Position numbers and translations under genes: made by a program. Below are positions 1-11,154 of a stretch of DNA of 64,000 nucleotides, piece by piece. Within the stretch, counting starts at the first letter, position 1. Each line of letters starts with the position of its first letter. Below the pieces are notes generated by a model. That model was not told where the DNA came from, did no database searches, and saw nothing but the letters and a program-made list of their open reading frames with translations. Source of the DNA: an uncultured delta proteobacterium (GTDB lineage: Bacteria > Desulfobacterota > Desulfobacteria > Desulfobacterales > Desulfosalsimonadaceae); NCBI GenBank assembly GCA_963826785.1, contig CAWGYD010000006.1:704001-768000 (forward strand), given 5' to 3'.

Positions 1-856
1 ATTTTTGCATTTCCTCCTCAGCCTGCTTACGAACGGTGATATCAGTAGAAATGCCGCCTACCGCATATATCCGCCCCTGCGCGTCGCGAAGTGGGAACTT
101 CGTCGTCAACCACGTAATTGAGCGGTCCTTGAGTTGACTGTATTCCTCAAATTCCAGTGATCTTCCCGTCTCGATCGCCTGATGATCATTTTCTTCATGC
201 CAGTCTGCGTCATCCTTGGGCATGAATTCATGCCGTCTCTTGCCGATCATCTGCTCCGGCGTGGAGTTAAACAGATCTGCAAGAGCGGTATTAACCAACA
301 GAAAACGCTCCTCCAGATCGAATGCGTAGATTATAGAGGTTGTGTTGTCGATGATGTTCTGGATCTGCCTGTGGGCTGCGACCAGTGCCTCTTCTGCCTG
401 CTTGCGGGCATGGACATTCACATTGATCCCGACCCATTTCTTTATGGAACCGTCGGGATTTCGCAAGGGAGCGGCCCTCACGCTGGTCCATTGATAGCCT
501 CCATCCGCCTTGCGAAGACGAAATACTTCATGAAAGGGTGTGGCATTGGAAACCGCTTCATGCCATTTACGGCCTGCGAATTCCCGATCTTCGGGATGGA
601 CTGCCTTCATCCAGCCGTCCGTCTCTAATAATTCTTGCAATTCTTGGCCGGTAAAGGTGCGCCAGCTTTCCGAATCCGAAACTGTCATCCCTCTTGGACT
701 GGCTTCCCAGACTGCCATTGCCCAAGGTTCGACCAAAGCACGGAATTTATCAACTTCTTCCTGGTACGCCAGTTCCCTGGCCGCCATTTGCTTCCGCAAC
801 TCATCTAATTCACGGATTAAATCTTGTTTGGATAGACTTTCGTACGGCTTCCTCAT
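1..856 (-). CDS. PAS/PAC-domain sensor protein (runs off the left edge of the window)
   Basis: Manual translation from ATG at 856: MRKPYESLSKQDLIRELDEL...W..AVHPEDRE...DGSIKKWVGINVNVHARKQAEEAL...GGISTDITVRKQAEE, i.e. two PAS/PAC repeats. Absent from the ORF track because it has no stop in the window. Confidence 0.85.
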   Translation of the reverse strand, partial: MRKPYESLSKQDLIRELDELRKQMAARELAYQEEVDKFRALVEPWAMAVWEASPRGMTVSDSESWRTFTGQELQELLETDGWMKAVHPEDREFAGRKWHEAVSNATPFHEVFRLRKADGGYQWTSVRAAPLRNPDGSIKKWVGINVNVHARKQAEEALVAAHRQIQNIIDNTTSIIYAFDLEERFLLVNTALADLFNSTPEQMIGKRRHEFMPKDDADWHEENDHQAIETGRSLEFEEYSQLKDRSITWLTTKFPLRDAQGRIYAVGGISTDITVRKQAEEEMQK

Positions 857-1073
857 AACCCACCCGGTCATCAGTGATCTGGTATTTGTGGCAAACAAGC
901 CACAAGCTGCGATAATCAATATGATAACGATTATACTGGAAGTAAATATCGGGAAATTAATATAGAAGGGGAAAAAATGATTTGCAAGATTTATAATCAC
1001 TTATATTCAATTCAGCCTAAACCGAAAGACGGGAGAGGAAATAGCAGGAAACTTTGTTGTGCACGTGCAAGGA

Positions 1074-1174
1074 GTTGCCACCCGGATCAGTATTCCTATC
1101 GCATGTTCCCCATCAACAATGGGCTTGGCAATCTTCAGCCGGCGAACAACAGGATTACTGCCAAAGCATAGCCG
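1074..1174 (+). repeat. ~100-bp array repeat, copy 1
   Basis: GTTGCCA...CCCCATCAA...TTGGCAATCTTC...GATTACTGCCAAAGCATAGCCG. Confidence 0.85.
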
Positions 1175-1259
1175 CAATCTGCAGCCGCCAAGTTGCATAT
1201 CCTTATGAGCCGAAAAAAGATTCATGCTTTCTACTCAAAGAAGGCGAAATACTAATATA

Positions 1260-1292
1260 AACCGGGGCTGATTTGGTATCGTGCCCCGGTTT
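1260..1292. terminator. Intrinsic terminator-like hairpin downstream of the small minus-strand gene
   Basis: AACCGGGGC...GCCCCGGTT inverted repeat with A/T flanks. Confidence 0.6.
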
Positions 1293-1313
1293 TACAAGTT
1301 TGATATTAATTTT

Positions 1314-1472
1314 CTATTTGCCTTGCGGACCTGGTGATGGCGGAGACGGAAATCCACTGCCATCAGGAATACCATCACCAGAATTTGGTGCAGGACCTCC
1401 TCCCGCGTAAACTGTTCCAACGGAAAAACCAATAAATGCCATCACAACGAGAATTAATGCCCACTTTTTCAT
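1314..1472 (-). CDS. Small secreted Gly/Pro-rich peptide (GPAPNSGDGIPDGSG motif)
   Basis: Signal-peptide-like N-terminus MKKWALILVVMAFIGFSVGTVYA, GGAGG RBS upstream, terminator downstream. Confidence 0.7.
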   Translation of the reverse strand: MKKWALILVVMAFIGFSVGTVYAGGGPAPNSGDGIPDGSGFPSPPSPGPQGK

Positions 1473-1548
1473 ATTGCCCTCCTTCCTTGTGATTGAAATA
1501 ATCAAAAATTATTTTTATGGGTTTTAATCCCCCAATATTTTAAATAGA

Positions 1549-1564
1549 TGCATAAAATTTGCCA
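1549..1564 (-). promoter_or_regulatory. Putative sigma-54 (-24/-12) promoter for the small peptide gene
   Basis: Minus strand TGGCAAATTTTATGCA has GG and GC at the canonical spacing. Confidence 0.5.
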
Positions 1565-1887
1565 AATTTAAACTCAACTTGCGATATTCGTACGGTTTAT
1601 CTCTATAGTTGGATTGATCGAAATACTTCATTGGTAAATTGGCTGGGAATCAGTTCCTGGAAGCGGATCTCGTGAACAAACCTAATATCCCATGCATATA
1701 TAGAAGGGCCGATGGGATCATAGTTAACGATAGTGAAATAAATGCGTATATAAAAATGAACTATTGTGAACTTTTGTATATATATAAATTCAAAATCCAG
1801 CATTTCGGTTTTTTTAAGATTTAAAATAAAAATATTAAAAAATAAGGAAATAAATAGTTAGATATAATGGACCTATAATCGTGATTA

Positions 1888-1903
1888 TGGCATATAAAAT
1901 GCT
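1888..1903 (+). promoter_or_regulatory. Putative sigma-54 (-24/-12) promoter for the lipoprotein gene
   Basis: TGGCATATAAAATGCT has GG and GC at the canonical spacing, about 80 bp before the ORF. Confidence 0.5.
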
Positions 1904-1985
1904 TCGAAAGAAAATTTTGGACTCCGATATGGGTCCAAAATTCAATTTGAACAAGCACTGAATTAGCATTTGAGGATCTAAGCGT

Positions 1986-2441
1986 TTGAACATTCAAAAT
2001 GTAATATCCAAACTAATTTGCATTTTGCTCCTCTTAGCCGTGTTGATGCAACCCTGTTCATGCGGCACATTGTTGTATCCCGAAAGACGCAATTCTAATC
2101 CGCATAACCGGATTCTCCCGGAAGGGCGCCAGATTGATCCAGCGGTAGCGATTATGGACGCTGCCTGCCTGGTCTTCTTTATCGTTCCAGGTTTAATTGC
2201 CTTTGCAGTCGATTTTGCCACGGGTGCGATTTACCTGCCACGAGGGAACCGAAGCGCTCTGATGCTCGATGATAATGAAAATATGGTTGTCTGCGTTGAT
2301 CCTCAAATATTGAATCCTGATGTAATTAAACAAATCATTCGCCAGAAGAAGGGTATTGATGTCGACTTCAAAGATAATCGGATGAAGGCCTACTTGGCCG
2401 AATCAGTTAATTATAATGTGATGTTATACCTAAAGATGTAA
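1986..2441 (+). CDS. Conserved hypothetical lipoprotein / membrane protein
   Basis: Lipobox-like CSC-GTLLYPERR followed by hydrophobic IDPAVAIMD..FFIVPGLIAFAVDFATGAIYLP. Confidence 0.65.
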   Translation: MNIQNVISKLICILLLLAVLMQPCSCGTLLYPERRNSNPHNRILPEGRQIDPAVAIMDAACLVFFIVPGLIAFAVDFATGAIYLPRGNRSALMLDDNENMVVCVDPQILNPDVIKQIIRQKKGIDVDFKDNRMKAYLAESVNYNVMLYLKM

Positions 2442-2562
2442 TGCGGTTTACGCTTTTAATCTTATTCCCTTCTTGGATTTCTCTGAATAATACAACAATT
2501 ATTCTCACCTTAATTCCGCCTGTAACAAGTTCATTAGAGGCCATTTTCACTGATATAACTAA

Positions 2563-4099
2563 CCCTACAACGCTCTTCGCTAAGATAAAACTTGATCAAA
2601 GTCCTTTTTTTGGGGCATATTACATGATAAAACCCCTAAAAGAGGAGGTGCCCCATGCTGCCCGACATGCGACAATCGGATTATCTCTACCCAGTGCCAA
2701 AATTTGATCTCAATCAGGACGATGTCAATCAGTTTACAAATGAATTAAAAGGCTTCCATGAACAATTCGATGACTGTTTTTTCAGGTCAGAGTCAAGAGA
2801 TAATTTTTTTCGGTACATCGCCCGCCAGTTCAGCCAAATAGAGCGAAAATCAATTGAGCCGATCGCCATTGCCATGGAAGGCGGGAAGGTTCGCGCAATG
2901 CAACGCTTTGTCAGTGATGCGCCCTGGGATGATAAAAAATTGATATCTAAGTATCAAATTATGGACGATTTGGGTCATCCGGACAACGATAATGATTTTC
3001 GATGAATCCGGGTTCATCAAAAAAGGTGATGACAGCATTGGCGTCGGCAGGCAATATTGCGGAACCGTCGGCAAAGTCAACAATTGCCAAGTCGGCGTTT
3101 TTGCGGCCTATGCTTCACCATACGGCTATGGGTTGATAGACAAGCAATTATATATTCCACAGCATTGGTTTGACGATGATCACGAAGAGCGAAAGAAATA
3201 AATGCAGACTGCCGGAAAATGTTATATTCCAAACCAAGCCGCACCTGGCTGCCGGCATGCTCAAGCATCTCTATGATGAAAAGACCATTCCTTTCGCTAT
3301 GTGCTGGGCGATTCGGTATCAGGGACAAGTGCGGAATTTATTGCTACAATCGAAAGCATGGTGGGAATGACCTATTTGGTGCAGGTCCCCGAAGATACAT
3401 TATGTTGGGCAAAGCGACCGATCACAATCACAAAAAGTTATTGTTACGGCGGCAAAAAGCAGACGAAGCGTATTCTGTCTGACACATCCGGCGATCCAAT
3501 TAAATTCGAAACATTGGCTTCCGGGATTCATAATTATTTTTGGTATCGGCGCAAAGTGTCGGAGGGAACCAAGGGGCCGATCGAATATGAATTTATGAGA
3601 CGTCGTGTGGTTTTGTCCAACAGAGGGCTTCCGGAAAAGGAAATTTGGTTGTTGGTAAGAAAAATGATGGGCGAGAATTTGCGAAATCTGCTATTATATT
3701 AGCAATGGTTCACAAAGCGTGAAAATGAGCACCTTGATCTGGCTGCGCGGTTTACGCTGGGCCATTGAGCAGTGTGTAGAAAATCCGAAACAAGAGTCCG
3801 GGGATCGACCATTATGAAGTTCGTAAATTTCCTGGATGGCACCATCATATGCTCACATGCATGCTGGCCCATTTATTTATTTTGGCACCTGAAAATCAGG
3901 TTGGGGAAAAAAAAGCACCGTCGCTTACTCTATCGCAGCTTAAGATTTTATTGAACGTACTGCTGCCGTTTAGGATATTTGGCCTTGCTGAATCCATCGA
4001 CCTGGCTCGCTGGATTCAGCGTAAAAATCATAAAGCCTATCTGTCCCACCAGAAACGGAAGCTGATGAGGCAGAATGATAAGTAAGATGTCGTTGTAGG
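2563..4099 (+). mobile_element. IS701-family insertion sequence with frameshifted transposase (2655-4085)
   Basis: Transposase fragments with ERKSIEPIA, DESGFIKKG..SIGVGRQYCGTVGKVNNCQVGV and RWAIEQC motifs; terminal IRs CCTACAACG/CGTTGTAGG; flanking CTAA duplication (2559-2562, 4100-4103) fits the YTAR target. Confidence 0.88.
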
Positions 4100-4103
4100 C
4101 TAA

Positions 4104-4501
4104 GTGAAGACCTATTCACTGATTCTGGTCCTGATTGCCGCCATAATCCCCAATGTAATTGGTTGCGCTCATGTTGATAAAAGAACGAAACCAATTGTTT
4201 ATCATGGAAAAGCTTCATATTATGGCGACTGGCATCAAGGGAAAATAACGGCCAATGGAGAAGTTTTTAACAAGAACAAACTCACCTGCGCCAATAAAAA
4301 AGTGCCTTTTGAAACATATGCCGGGTTACGAATAACTCGAACGACAGAAGTGTCATCGTCAGAGTAAATGACGGGGCCATATATCCGGGGCGGAGAGTGG
4401 ATCTATAATACAGAGCGATGAAGGATTTAGGGGGAGTCAAAGATGGCGTAATAGACGTCCGGGTTGAAATAATTGAGCTTGGTTCATGCATCCACCCATA
4501 G
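4104..4501 (+). pseudogene. RlpA-family (DPBB) lipoprotein, frameshifted
   Basis: GKASYYGDWHQGKITANGEVFNKNKLTCA, then in another frame VIVRVNDGA..IRGRRVDL. Confidence 0.75.
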
Positions 4502-4612
4502 AAGAAAAAAGAGAGCAGAATTTATCGAAATACTATCGAGGCCATTTCTGATCGCACCATCCTTTTTTGGCAGAATCTATTAAATAAATTGAAAAAAGCT
4601 GTTTGAATTGGA

Positions 4613-4712
4613 CCCAAACAATGCAATTTTCTCCCTGCCTTTTCTGTCCAGTAAAATATGGATCTGGCAATCCTCAGCAGGTCAACTTTCGCATTGCTGG
4701 CAGTCACACTTT
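4613..4712 (+). repeat. ~100-bp array repeat, copy 2 (3' end degenerate)
   Basis: GCCTTTTCTGTCCAGTAAAATATGGATCTGGCAATCCTCAG...GCATTGCTGGCAGTCA. Confidence 0.75.
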
Positions 4713-4858
4713 GTGCAATGGGACGATCATGAAAGAAATGTTTATTGCGAGGCAAAAAAGTGCTATCAAAAAAGTGCTTGACTCGTCTATCCGTTCATAC
4801 TTCAGCATGCTCTTGAAAAATACCAATTCTCTTTACAAAATAGAGAAAGGAGCATGCC

Positions 4859-5329
4859 ATGAGTAATGAAAATGCAACACGTGTTGTACAAACCTATGAT
4901 TTCGTATTAAATGCGGGGGCTGAAAACAGATATTTCCACTCCTATGTCCCACCCGGGAATACAAATCAATTAAAACTGGCGCTGCGATCTGATTTACACC
5001 GATTCAGGCGGTGCCGAAAATAATTAACGTTCCGTACGGCTTTCGAAGGGGAAGGCGAACTGATCTGGATCGTAAGCCGTTATGAACCGGACAAGGCAAT
5101 AGAGTTCGTCATTGTCGGCAGCGGCTTGACCTGAACTCGATCCTCGCCTGCTCAGAGAATGGAAACAGCCGCAGCCCGGGTGACACATACGATATAGGAT
5201 TAAAAAATGACGCGGGAAATGCCCTGGTGAAACTCCTGCCTGCGGATTTTACGGAAAATCGCTGGCGGGGGCTGGAAAAAGCTTTGGCATTATCTTCAAA
5301 CCGGCCGGATGCTCTCGACGGGAAAATAA
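4859..5329 (+). pseudogene. Hypothetical protein (possibly SRPBCC-like), multiple frameshifts
   Basis: RBS AAGGAG and ATG; fragments IFPLLCPTREY and WIVSRYEPDKAIEFV in different frames. Confidence 0.45.
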
Positions 5330-5332
5330 CCT

Positions 5333-5886
5333 GTGTATACCATCAGTGAACTTGCCCAAAAATGGGGTCTATCGCGAAGCACCTTGCTTTATTATGAGCG
5401 GTTCGGGTTGCTGGTCGCTTCCATCCGCGAGCGGAATAATTATCGCTGCTATACAGAAAAAGATGCTGCGGTGCTTGAAAAGATCCGCACTTATCGGCAG
5501 GCCGGCCTGAAACTCTGCCGATATCCGGAGGAATTCGATCGGAAAAGCCGGGCTTTCCAGAACTTCTGGAAAAACGCATATCCGAACTGAACAGCGAAGT
5601 CGCTTTACTGCGGGATCAGCAGCGCTTCATCATCTCCTTGCTGAAGCAGCCGGAAATCTTCTCGGAACCACCCGGACGGCATGGGCCAGGACACTGGATT
5701 GGATTAATGAGAAAGGCAGGATTCAGTGATGCAGACATGCTGCGCTGGCACTCCGAATTCGAAAGAAAAACCCCGGACGATCACCAGCAATTTCTGGAAC
5801 GGCTCGGATTATCCTCGAATGAAATCTCCGCGATTCGGATATGGTCCCAATCGGATTCAACTGCGGGTGACAATTCTGGCCCATAA
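5333..5886 (+). pseudogene. MerR-family transcriptional regulator, frameshifted
   Basis: YTISELAQKWGLSRSTLLYYERFGLL..NNYRCY HTH; C-terminal WIGLMRKAGFSDADMLRWHSEFE in another frame. Confidence 0.85.
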
Positions 5887-5918
5887 CACCAAGTAGCCTG
5901 AGCAATAATATTTGATCT

Positions 5919-6017
5919 CTTGTTTACAATTCTGTTCCATCCGCATTTTATCCCCATGAACGTCGGAATTGACAATCCTCGGCATTTCAATGACACATTC
6001 CTGCCAGTCTAAAGCCG
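5919..6017 (+). repeat. ~100-bp array repeat, copy 3
   Basis: CTTG...ATCCGCATTTTATCCCCATGAAC...TTGACAATCCTC...CATTCCTGCCAGTCTAAAGCCG. Confidence 0.85.
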
Positions 6018-6170
6018 CAGTGCTGGCTGGGATATGTATTCAACATATTATTTCTTTTGACAATCACCCCAAAATCTCCCATCCTTTTGTCTGTAGCCTC
6101 TGTAACCTCTGTAGCCTATTAAATAAATGACCTAAATCGCAAAAACTAAATATTTAAAAAGGAGGGGAAA

Positions 6171-6981
6171 ATGAAACTTGAGGTCATTTCAAACTCACCA
6201 GCCACGCCGTGCAAATCTCCACCAATTCTTTTGATACATGGAGCTTGGCACGGAGGGTGGTGCTGGAAAGACAATTTCCTGGATTTTTCGCTGAGAAAGG
6301 CTGGGAAACCCATGCAATGAGTCTCAGAGGCCATGGCCAGAGTGAAGGAGTGAAAAAATTCGCGGGCGGTCTATTGCTGATTATGTTGCGGATGTCAGGA
6401 AAGTCGTCGATAGCTTGAGATGTGAACCTATAATCATCGGCCATTCCATGGGTGGATTTGTAACTCAAAAATATCTGGAAAAGTATTCGGCAGTCGCTGC
6501 GATTCTATTGGCTTCTGTTCCGACCTCCGGGACATTCAAATTCAACATTCGTGTCATAAGACGGCATCCTTTGCTTTGGCTTAAAGCCAACTTAATAATG
6601 AAGCTTTACCCTATTGTGAAGAATCCAATCCACGCCCGAGAGTGGTTCTTCTCCGACTGCATTTCAGATGAGGATTTGGCCAACCACCATTCTCAATTGC
6701 AGGACGAATCATTCCGTTGTGCATTGGACATGCTTATGCTCAATCTCCCAAAACCTCAGTTGATAAAGACGCCAATTGCAGTTTTGGGTGCCGAAAATGA
6801 TGCAATCTTTTCGGTTGAGGAAGTCCAGAAAACAGCTCGGGCTTATGGAGTAGAAGCAAAAATTTTTCCAAATATGGCGCATAACATGATGTCGGAGCCA
6901 GATTGGAAAGATGTTGCAGAATGGATTGCCTGTTGGATTGAATCGATTCCCCTTGAAACGATTTCATCCGAGGTGAGTTAG
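6171..6981 (+). pseudogene. Alpha/beta hydrolase, frameshifted in the 5' part
   Basis: ILLIHGAWHGGWCW, LRGHGQSEG, nucleophile GHSMGG, C-terminal D and H (MAHNMM). Confidence 0.85.
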
Positions 6982-7071
6982 TCACAGTATTCCCCTCTTT
7001 TACACCCCATGAAACTTGAACATGGCAATCCTCAGATGGCTAATTTCCGGATTACTGCCAAAGCATAGCCG
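6971..7071 (+). repeat. ~100-bp array repeat, copy 4 (overlaps the hydrolase stop codon)
   Basis: CCCCATGAAACTTGAACATGGCAATCCTCAG...GATTACTGCCAAAGCATAGCCG. Confidence 0.88.
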
Positions 7072-7098
7072 TAGTGCGCTTTTGGAAAACTGCAAAAT

Positions 7099-8442
7099 TC
7101 AATTTTGGCTAAACACGATTTTTCCGCCTTTGACAACGGTTGCAATATTTTTCGAAGCTGCGATATCCGATAGCGGGTCGCCATCAATTATTGTAAAATC
7201 GGCATATTTACCAGGCTCAATGGTGCCGACGTCATCGGCCATGCCAATAATTTTTGCATTCACCGCGGTTGCTGCCTTCAGGGCTTCGGCGCAGGTAAAT
7301 CCCGCCTGAGTCAAGGCCTTCAACTCTTTCCAGTAACTGCCAAAAAAGCTAAGCCCCGTTCCGCAGCAGTCGGTTCCCACACCCACATTGCCGCCAACCT
7401 TTTTTATCTTCTCAACATTCTTTAACGTGATGGGATATGAGCGTTTAAAAAACTCGCTATCAGGGTAAAATTTTTTTCCATAATCAGGGGGCGGGTAAGG
7501 TGTTTTCAAGAGTTCAGTGACGCCGGAAATGGATTGTTTCAGAGGCTCAGGGAGCATATCTTCTTTTCCCATGGTTTTTAGATACGCTAAAATGTCTTCA
7601 ATCTCGTAAAAATCGGACAGAACTTTAAGCGTAGGTACGATTGCCATATTATTTTTGACGAAACCCTCTATATCGGCCTCAGACAATTCGTCCGTAGCAC
7701 AGTGTTCCAGGGTATTGACCCCCAAAGCGGCCCCTTTCAGGAAGCCTTCACGTTCAAAATGGTGCAGGGCAACCTTTTTGCCCCGCGCCCGTCCCGCTCG
7801 GACAAGGGCTTCAAAACAGGCATCGGAAAGATTAGGTAACTTTCCGTGAAAGAGAAATGAATTTGCCGTAAATTGCGATTGAAAAATCGCACCCATATCC
7901 ATCAGACGGTTGGCTGTTGCCGTTACTTGCTCCGGCGTATTTGGGCGTTCAGCAAACTGTCCTCCTGTGATGAGCGCCTGGACTGGACCGGCCCTGCGCC
8001 ATTTCCGGGACCCCCCCGGGCAGGTGATAAACAAAAGGGAGGTGAGAATCCGTGGTCCATGGCCTACCCCCCATCAATGAGGTCCCGCCATTTTAAAATC
8101 TTTTTCGGAAAAGATGCCACATCTCGAATGGTCGTGACACCATATTTGACGCAGTTTTTGAAATTTTTCGCAAGTTGACGGTTCATCTGGAGAAGCCCCG
8201 GAAGCGTCACTCTCATGATAAAAGGAACTGCGGTAGTGTATGCGGGCGTCGATAAACCCAGGTAGCAGGGGTTTCCCTATGAGATCGATTTTTTGATAGT
8301 TTGATATTGATCGCATGGATTCGGCGTCCTCGATTGCTTCAATGCGTTCTCCAACCACAACAATGATCTTGTTTTCCGTCAGAGCATCGGAGATGCCGTC
8401 AAAAAGATTCAGATTATGAAAAAGCGTTCTTTGCATCGACAT
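7099..8442 (-). pseudogene. Metal-dependent amidohydrolase, frameshifted
   Basis: DLIGKPLLPGFIDARIH, TLEHC, GTDC, AATAVNAKIIG..GTIEPGKYADF..DGDPL across several frames. Confidence 0.85.
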
Positions 8443-8579
8443 ACACCTCCTTGGTAAAAGATTTAAAGAATCATTCGAATGGTTGCATGGCGGCAGAGGG
8501 TCACCTTTCCGAGTAAAAGTCACCGCATTCCTCCAGAACACAAATGAAATTTGTGGTTAGCCCTGTCTGCCCTCCGCAT

Positions 8580-8679
8580 TACGGTGAACCTTACAGCAAT
8601 CCTGCAGATCCCGCCCAGTAAACCATTGATCGGCAATCCTCCACACTCCGATAATGGCATTACTGCTGGGTCATAGCCG
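8580..8679 (+). repeat. ~100-bp array repeat, copy 5
   Basis: GCAATCCTGC...TTGATCGGCAATCCTCC...GGCATTACTGCTGGGTCATAGCCG. Confidence 0.8.
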
Positions 8680-8859
8680 AGTCCTTTACCTGTTTGTATG
8701 TGAATTTCGTGAACCGTTTGAGGATCGATTCCCTCATAGAATTGATCCTTTTATTCCATAATCATTTCATAATCATTTCTTGACACTATAACGCTTCCAG
8801 ATACATAATAAATATTCCTTAGAGCATCTATACCGAAAACAATAAAAGAGGTGCCCATC

Positions 8860-11027
8860 ATGAAAAAGCTTTTTTTGATATTAGCAATAATGAGTTTTAT
8901 GGTCTTTGGCGTTTTCTATTAATAGTTTTGGCCAGGATTTTTTTGTAAAAAGCCAAACACAGCTTCTGCTGGGCATAAATGGGCAGCAGATGAAATCATC
9001 GTCAAGTTTAAACCTGGAGTTGGCAAGCAGGCCATAGACAGAATAAATCAGGGACACGGGGCCTCTGTCATCTCGACCAGTCGATTTGCCGGGATTCAAG
9101 CGGCGGGATTCCTGCACGAAAAGCCGTCAGTGAAATGGTCGAAATATACAAGAAAAATCCAAATGTGGAAAATATGCAGAGCCGAACTTTATTGCCTATG
9201 CATTTATGGCTCCCGGAGATCCTTTATATTCAATATCAAACTGGAATGTCGCAGATCAATATGGAACCGGCATGGGATATCGCTACAGGAACGGGGGTGA
9301 CGGTGGCGGTGATCGATACCGGTGTCGCCTATGAAGACTATCAGGAGGCGGGCGTGCCGATCGGCAGCAGTGGAAAGACCAAACCCGGCGCAACCTTTGC
9401 CCAGCCCCGGATCTGAATTATTGTCTCAATTTACTCAAGGCTATGATTTCGTCAATGAAGATACCCATCCCAATGACGATGAAGGCCACGGCACCCATGT
9501 GACAGGAACCATCGCCCAGAGTAAAACAATGGTTACGGGGTGGCCGGGGTGGTTTTTCGGCAAACATCATGCCCGATCAAAAGTTTTGGACAGCAGTGGC
9601 TCCGGGACTTATGCCGATATCGCGGAAGGCATCGATATGCGGCGACATGGCGCCGGGTCATCAATATGAGCCTGGGCGGAGTTCCGGATCAATTACCCTG
9701 GAACAGGCCGTTGCTTACGCCCATGGCAAAAATGTTGTAATTGTCTGCGCATCCGGAAATGACGGCTCTCAACCTCAGTCAGCTATCCGGCGGCTTACGA
9801 TGCCTACTGCATCGCCGTCGGTGCGACCCGATATGATGGCGCTAAGGCCTATATTCCGAACGGGGGTGCGTCTGGACCTGATGGCGCCGGGCGGTGAATC
9901 AACGTCGATCAGAACTATGACGGAAATCCGGATGGCATCGTCCAGGAAACCTTTGGCACCGATTATCAAACTTTTGGTTTCTACCTCTATCAGGGGACTT
10001 CCATGGCCGCACCCCATGTCAGCGGAGCAGCGGCCTTATTATTCCCCATAGTCCCAATATGACGGCGGATGAAGTCAGGGAAGCATTGCAGTCGACTGCA
10101 ACGGATAAAAGGGAGCGCGGGGTTGGTATCCGGTATATGGATATGGAATCATCAATGTCCATGCCGCCTTGAATTACAATGCGACCCCGAACAATGCCGC
10201 CGGTGGCGGATGCCGGAGGTCCTTATTACAGGAAGGAGTGCGGCCATTTCGTTCGATGGCTCAGGTTCTTCAGACCCGGACGACGACACCTTGACTTACA
10301 GATGGGATTTTGGCGATGGTGCAACGGGTTCGGGGGGTTTCAATCCGGCCCATGCATACGCTGCTGGCGACGATTCCGGTTACACTGATTGTAAACGATG
10401 AAAACAAGTACTCCATTCATCTACCATGGCGAAAATAACGGAAATCAATGACCCACCGGTGGCGGATGCGGGCCCGGACCAGACCGCTTGTGGGTGCCAC
10501 CGTGACCTTTAATGGATCAAACTCCTATGATATCGATGATGGCATTGTCCTTTATGAATGGAATTTTGGGGATGGCAAAACCGGCATGGCATGACCGCAT
10601 CGCACACTTATCCTGCTGCCGGTCGCCTCCGCATTCTTGACGGTAATTAACGCTTGGCGCAACAGATACAGATGAGGTCGTCATCACCGTAACTGAACAA
10701 TCCGCTTCGATGTTCTATATCAAAAACATTGAAGTCACTATGAATCAGGATGCCGGCAAAAACACATTTGTCAAAGCGGTGGCAAACGTCACGGTTCACT
10801 GATGGTGCCGGCGCCCCTCGGTAGCACGACAGTCTATGGGGCTTAAAGCGGGGCAGCTTGACCAGCAGTTCCGAGTCACGGGTGCAGATGGAAAGGTTAC
10901 AGTTCAGTCGGATGAAGTCAAAAAGTGTTAAAAAAGGATCAACCTTTACCTTCACAGTGAACGACCTGGAGGGTCGAGTTGTGCCCCTGATACGAACAAT
11001 GAAACAAGTGATTCAGTAACCTATTAA
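8860..11027 (+). pseudogene. Secreted S8 subtilisin-like serine protease with PKD domains, many frameshifts
   Basis: VAVIDTG, GHGTHVTGTIA and QGTSMAAPHV catalytic motifs; PKD motifs FDGSGSSDPD..YRWDFGDG; signal peptide. Confidence 0.88.
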
Positions 11028-11047
11028 CAAATTCAGTTCTCTTCAAT

Positions 11048-11084
11048 AAAAACCGCTGGGGTTGTCTGCACCTCAGCGGTTTTT
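11048..11084 (+). terminator. Intrinsic terminator
   Basis: AAAAACCGCTG...CAGCGGTTTTT after the protease gene. Confidence 0.8.
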
Positions 11085-11154
11085 ATATTTTCTCAGATTT
11101 GAAAATCAAAACCAAACATCTCAAAGAGCAAAATCTCTCTAAATCCCTGAGCAC

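Noticed and set aside
182..965. Plus-strand ORFs 182-628 and 540-965
   Set aside because: They are antisense to the clear PAS-domain gene on the minus strand.
2472..2562. Possible 13th repeat copy interrupted by the IS701 element
   Set aside because: It starts with CTTG at a plausible position, but the GGCAATCC and TACTGCCAG boxes are not recognisable; an HMM would be needed.
6091..6117. CTGTAGCCT x3 tandem repeat
   Set aside because: Only three 9-mers, with no supportable function.
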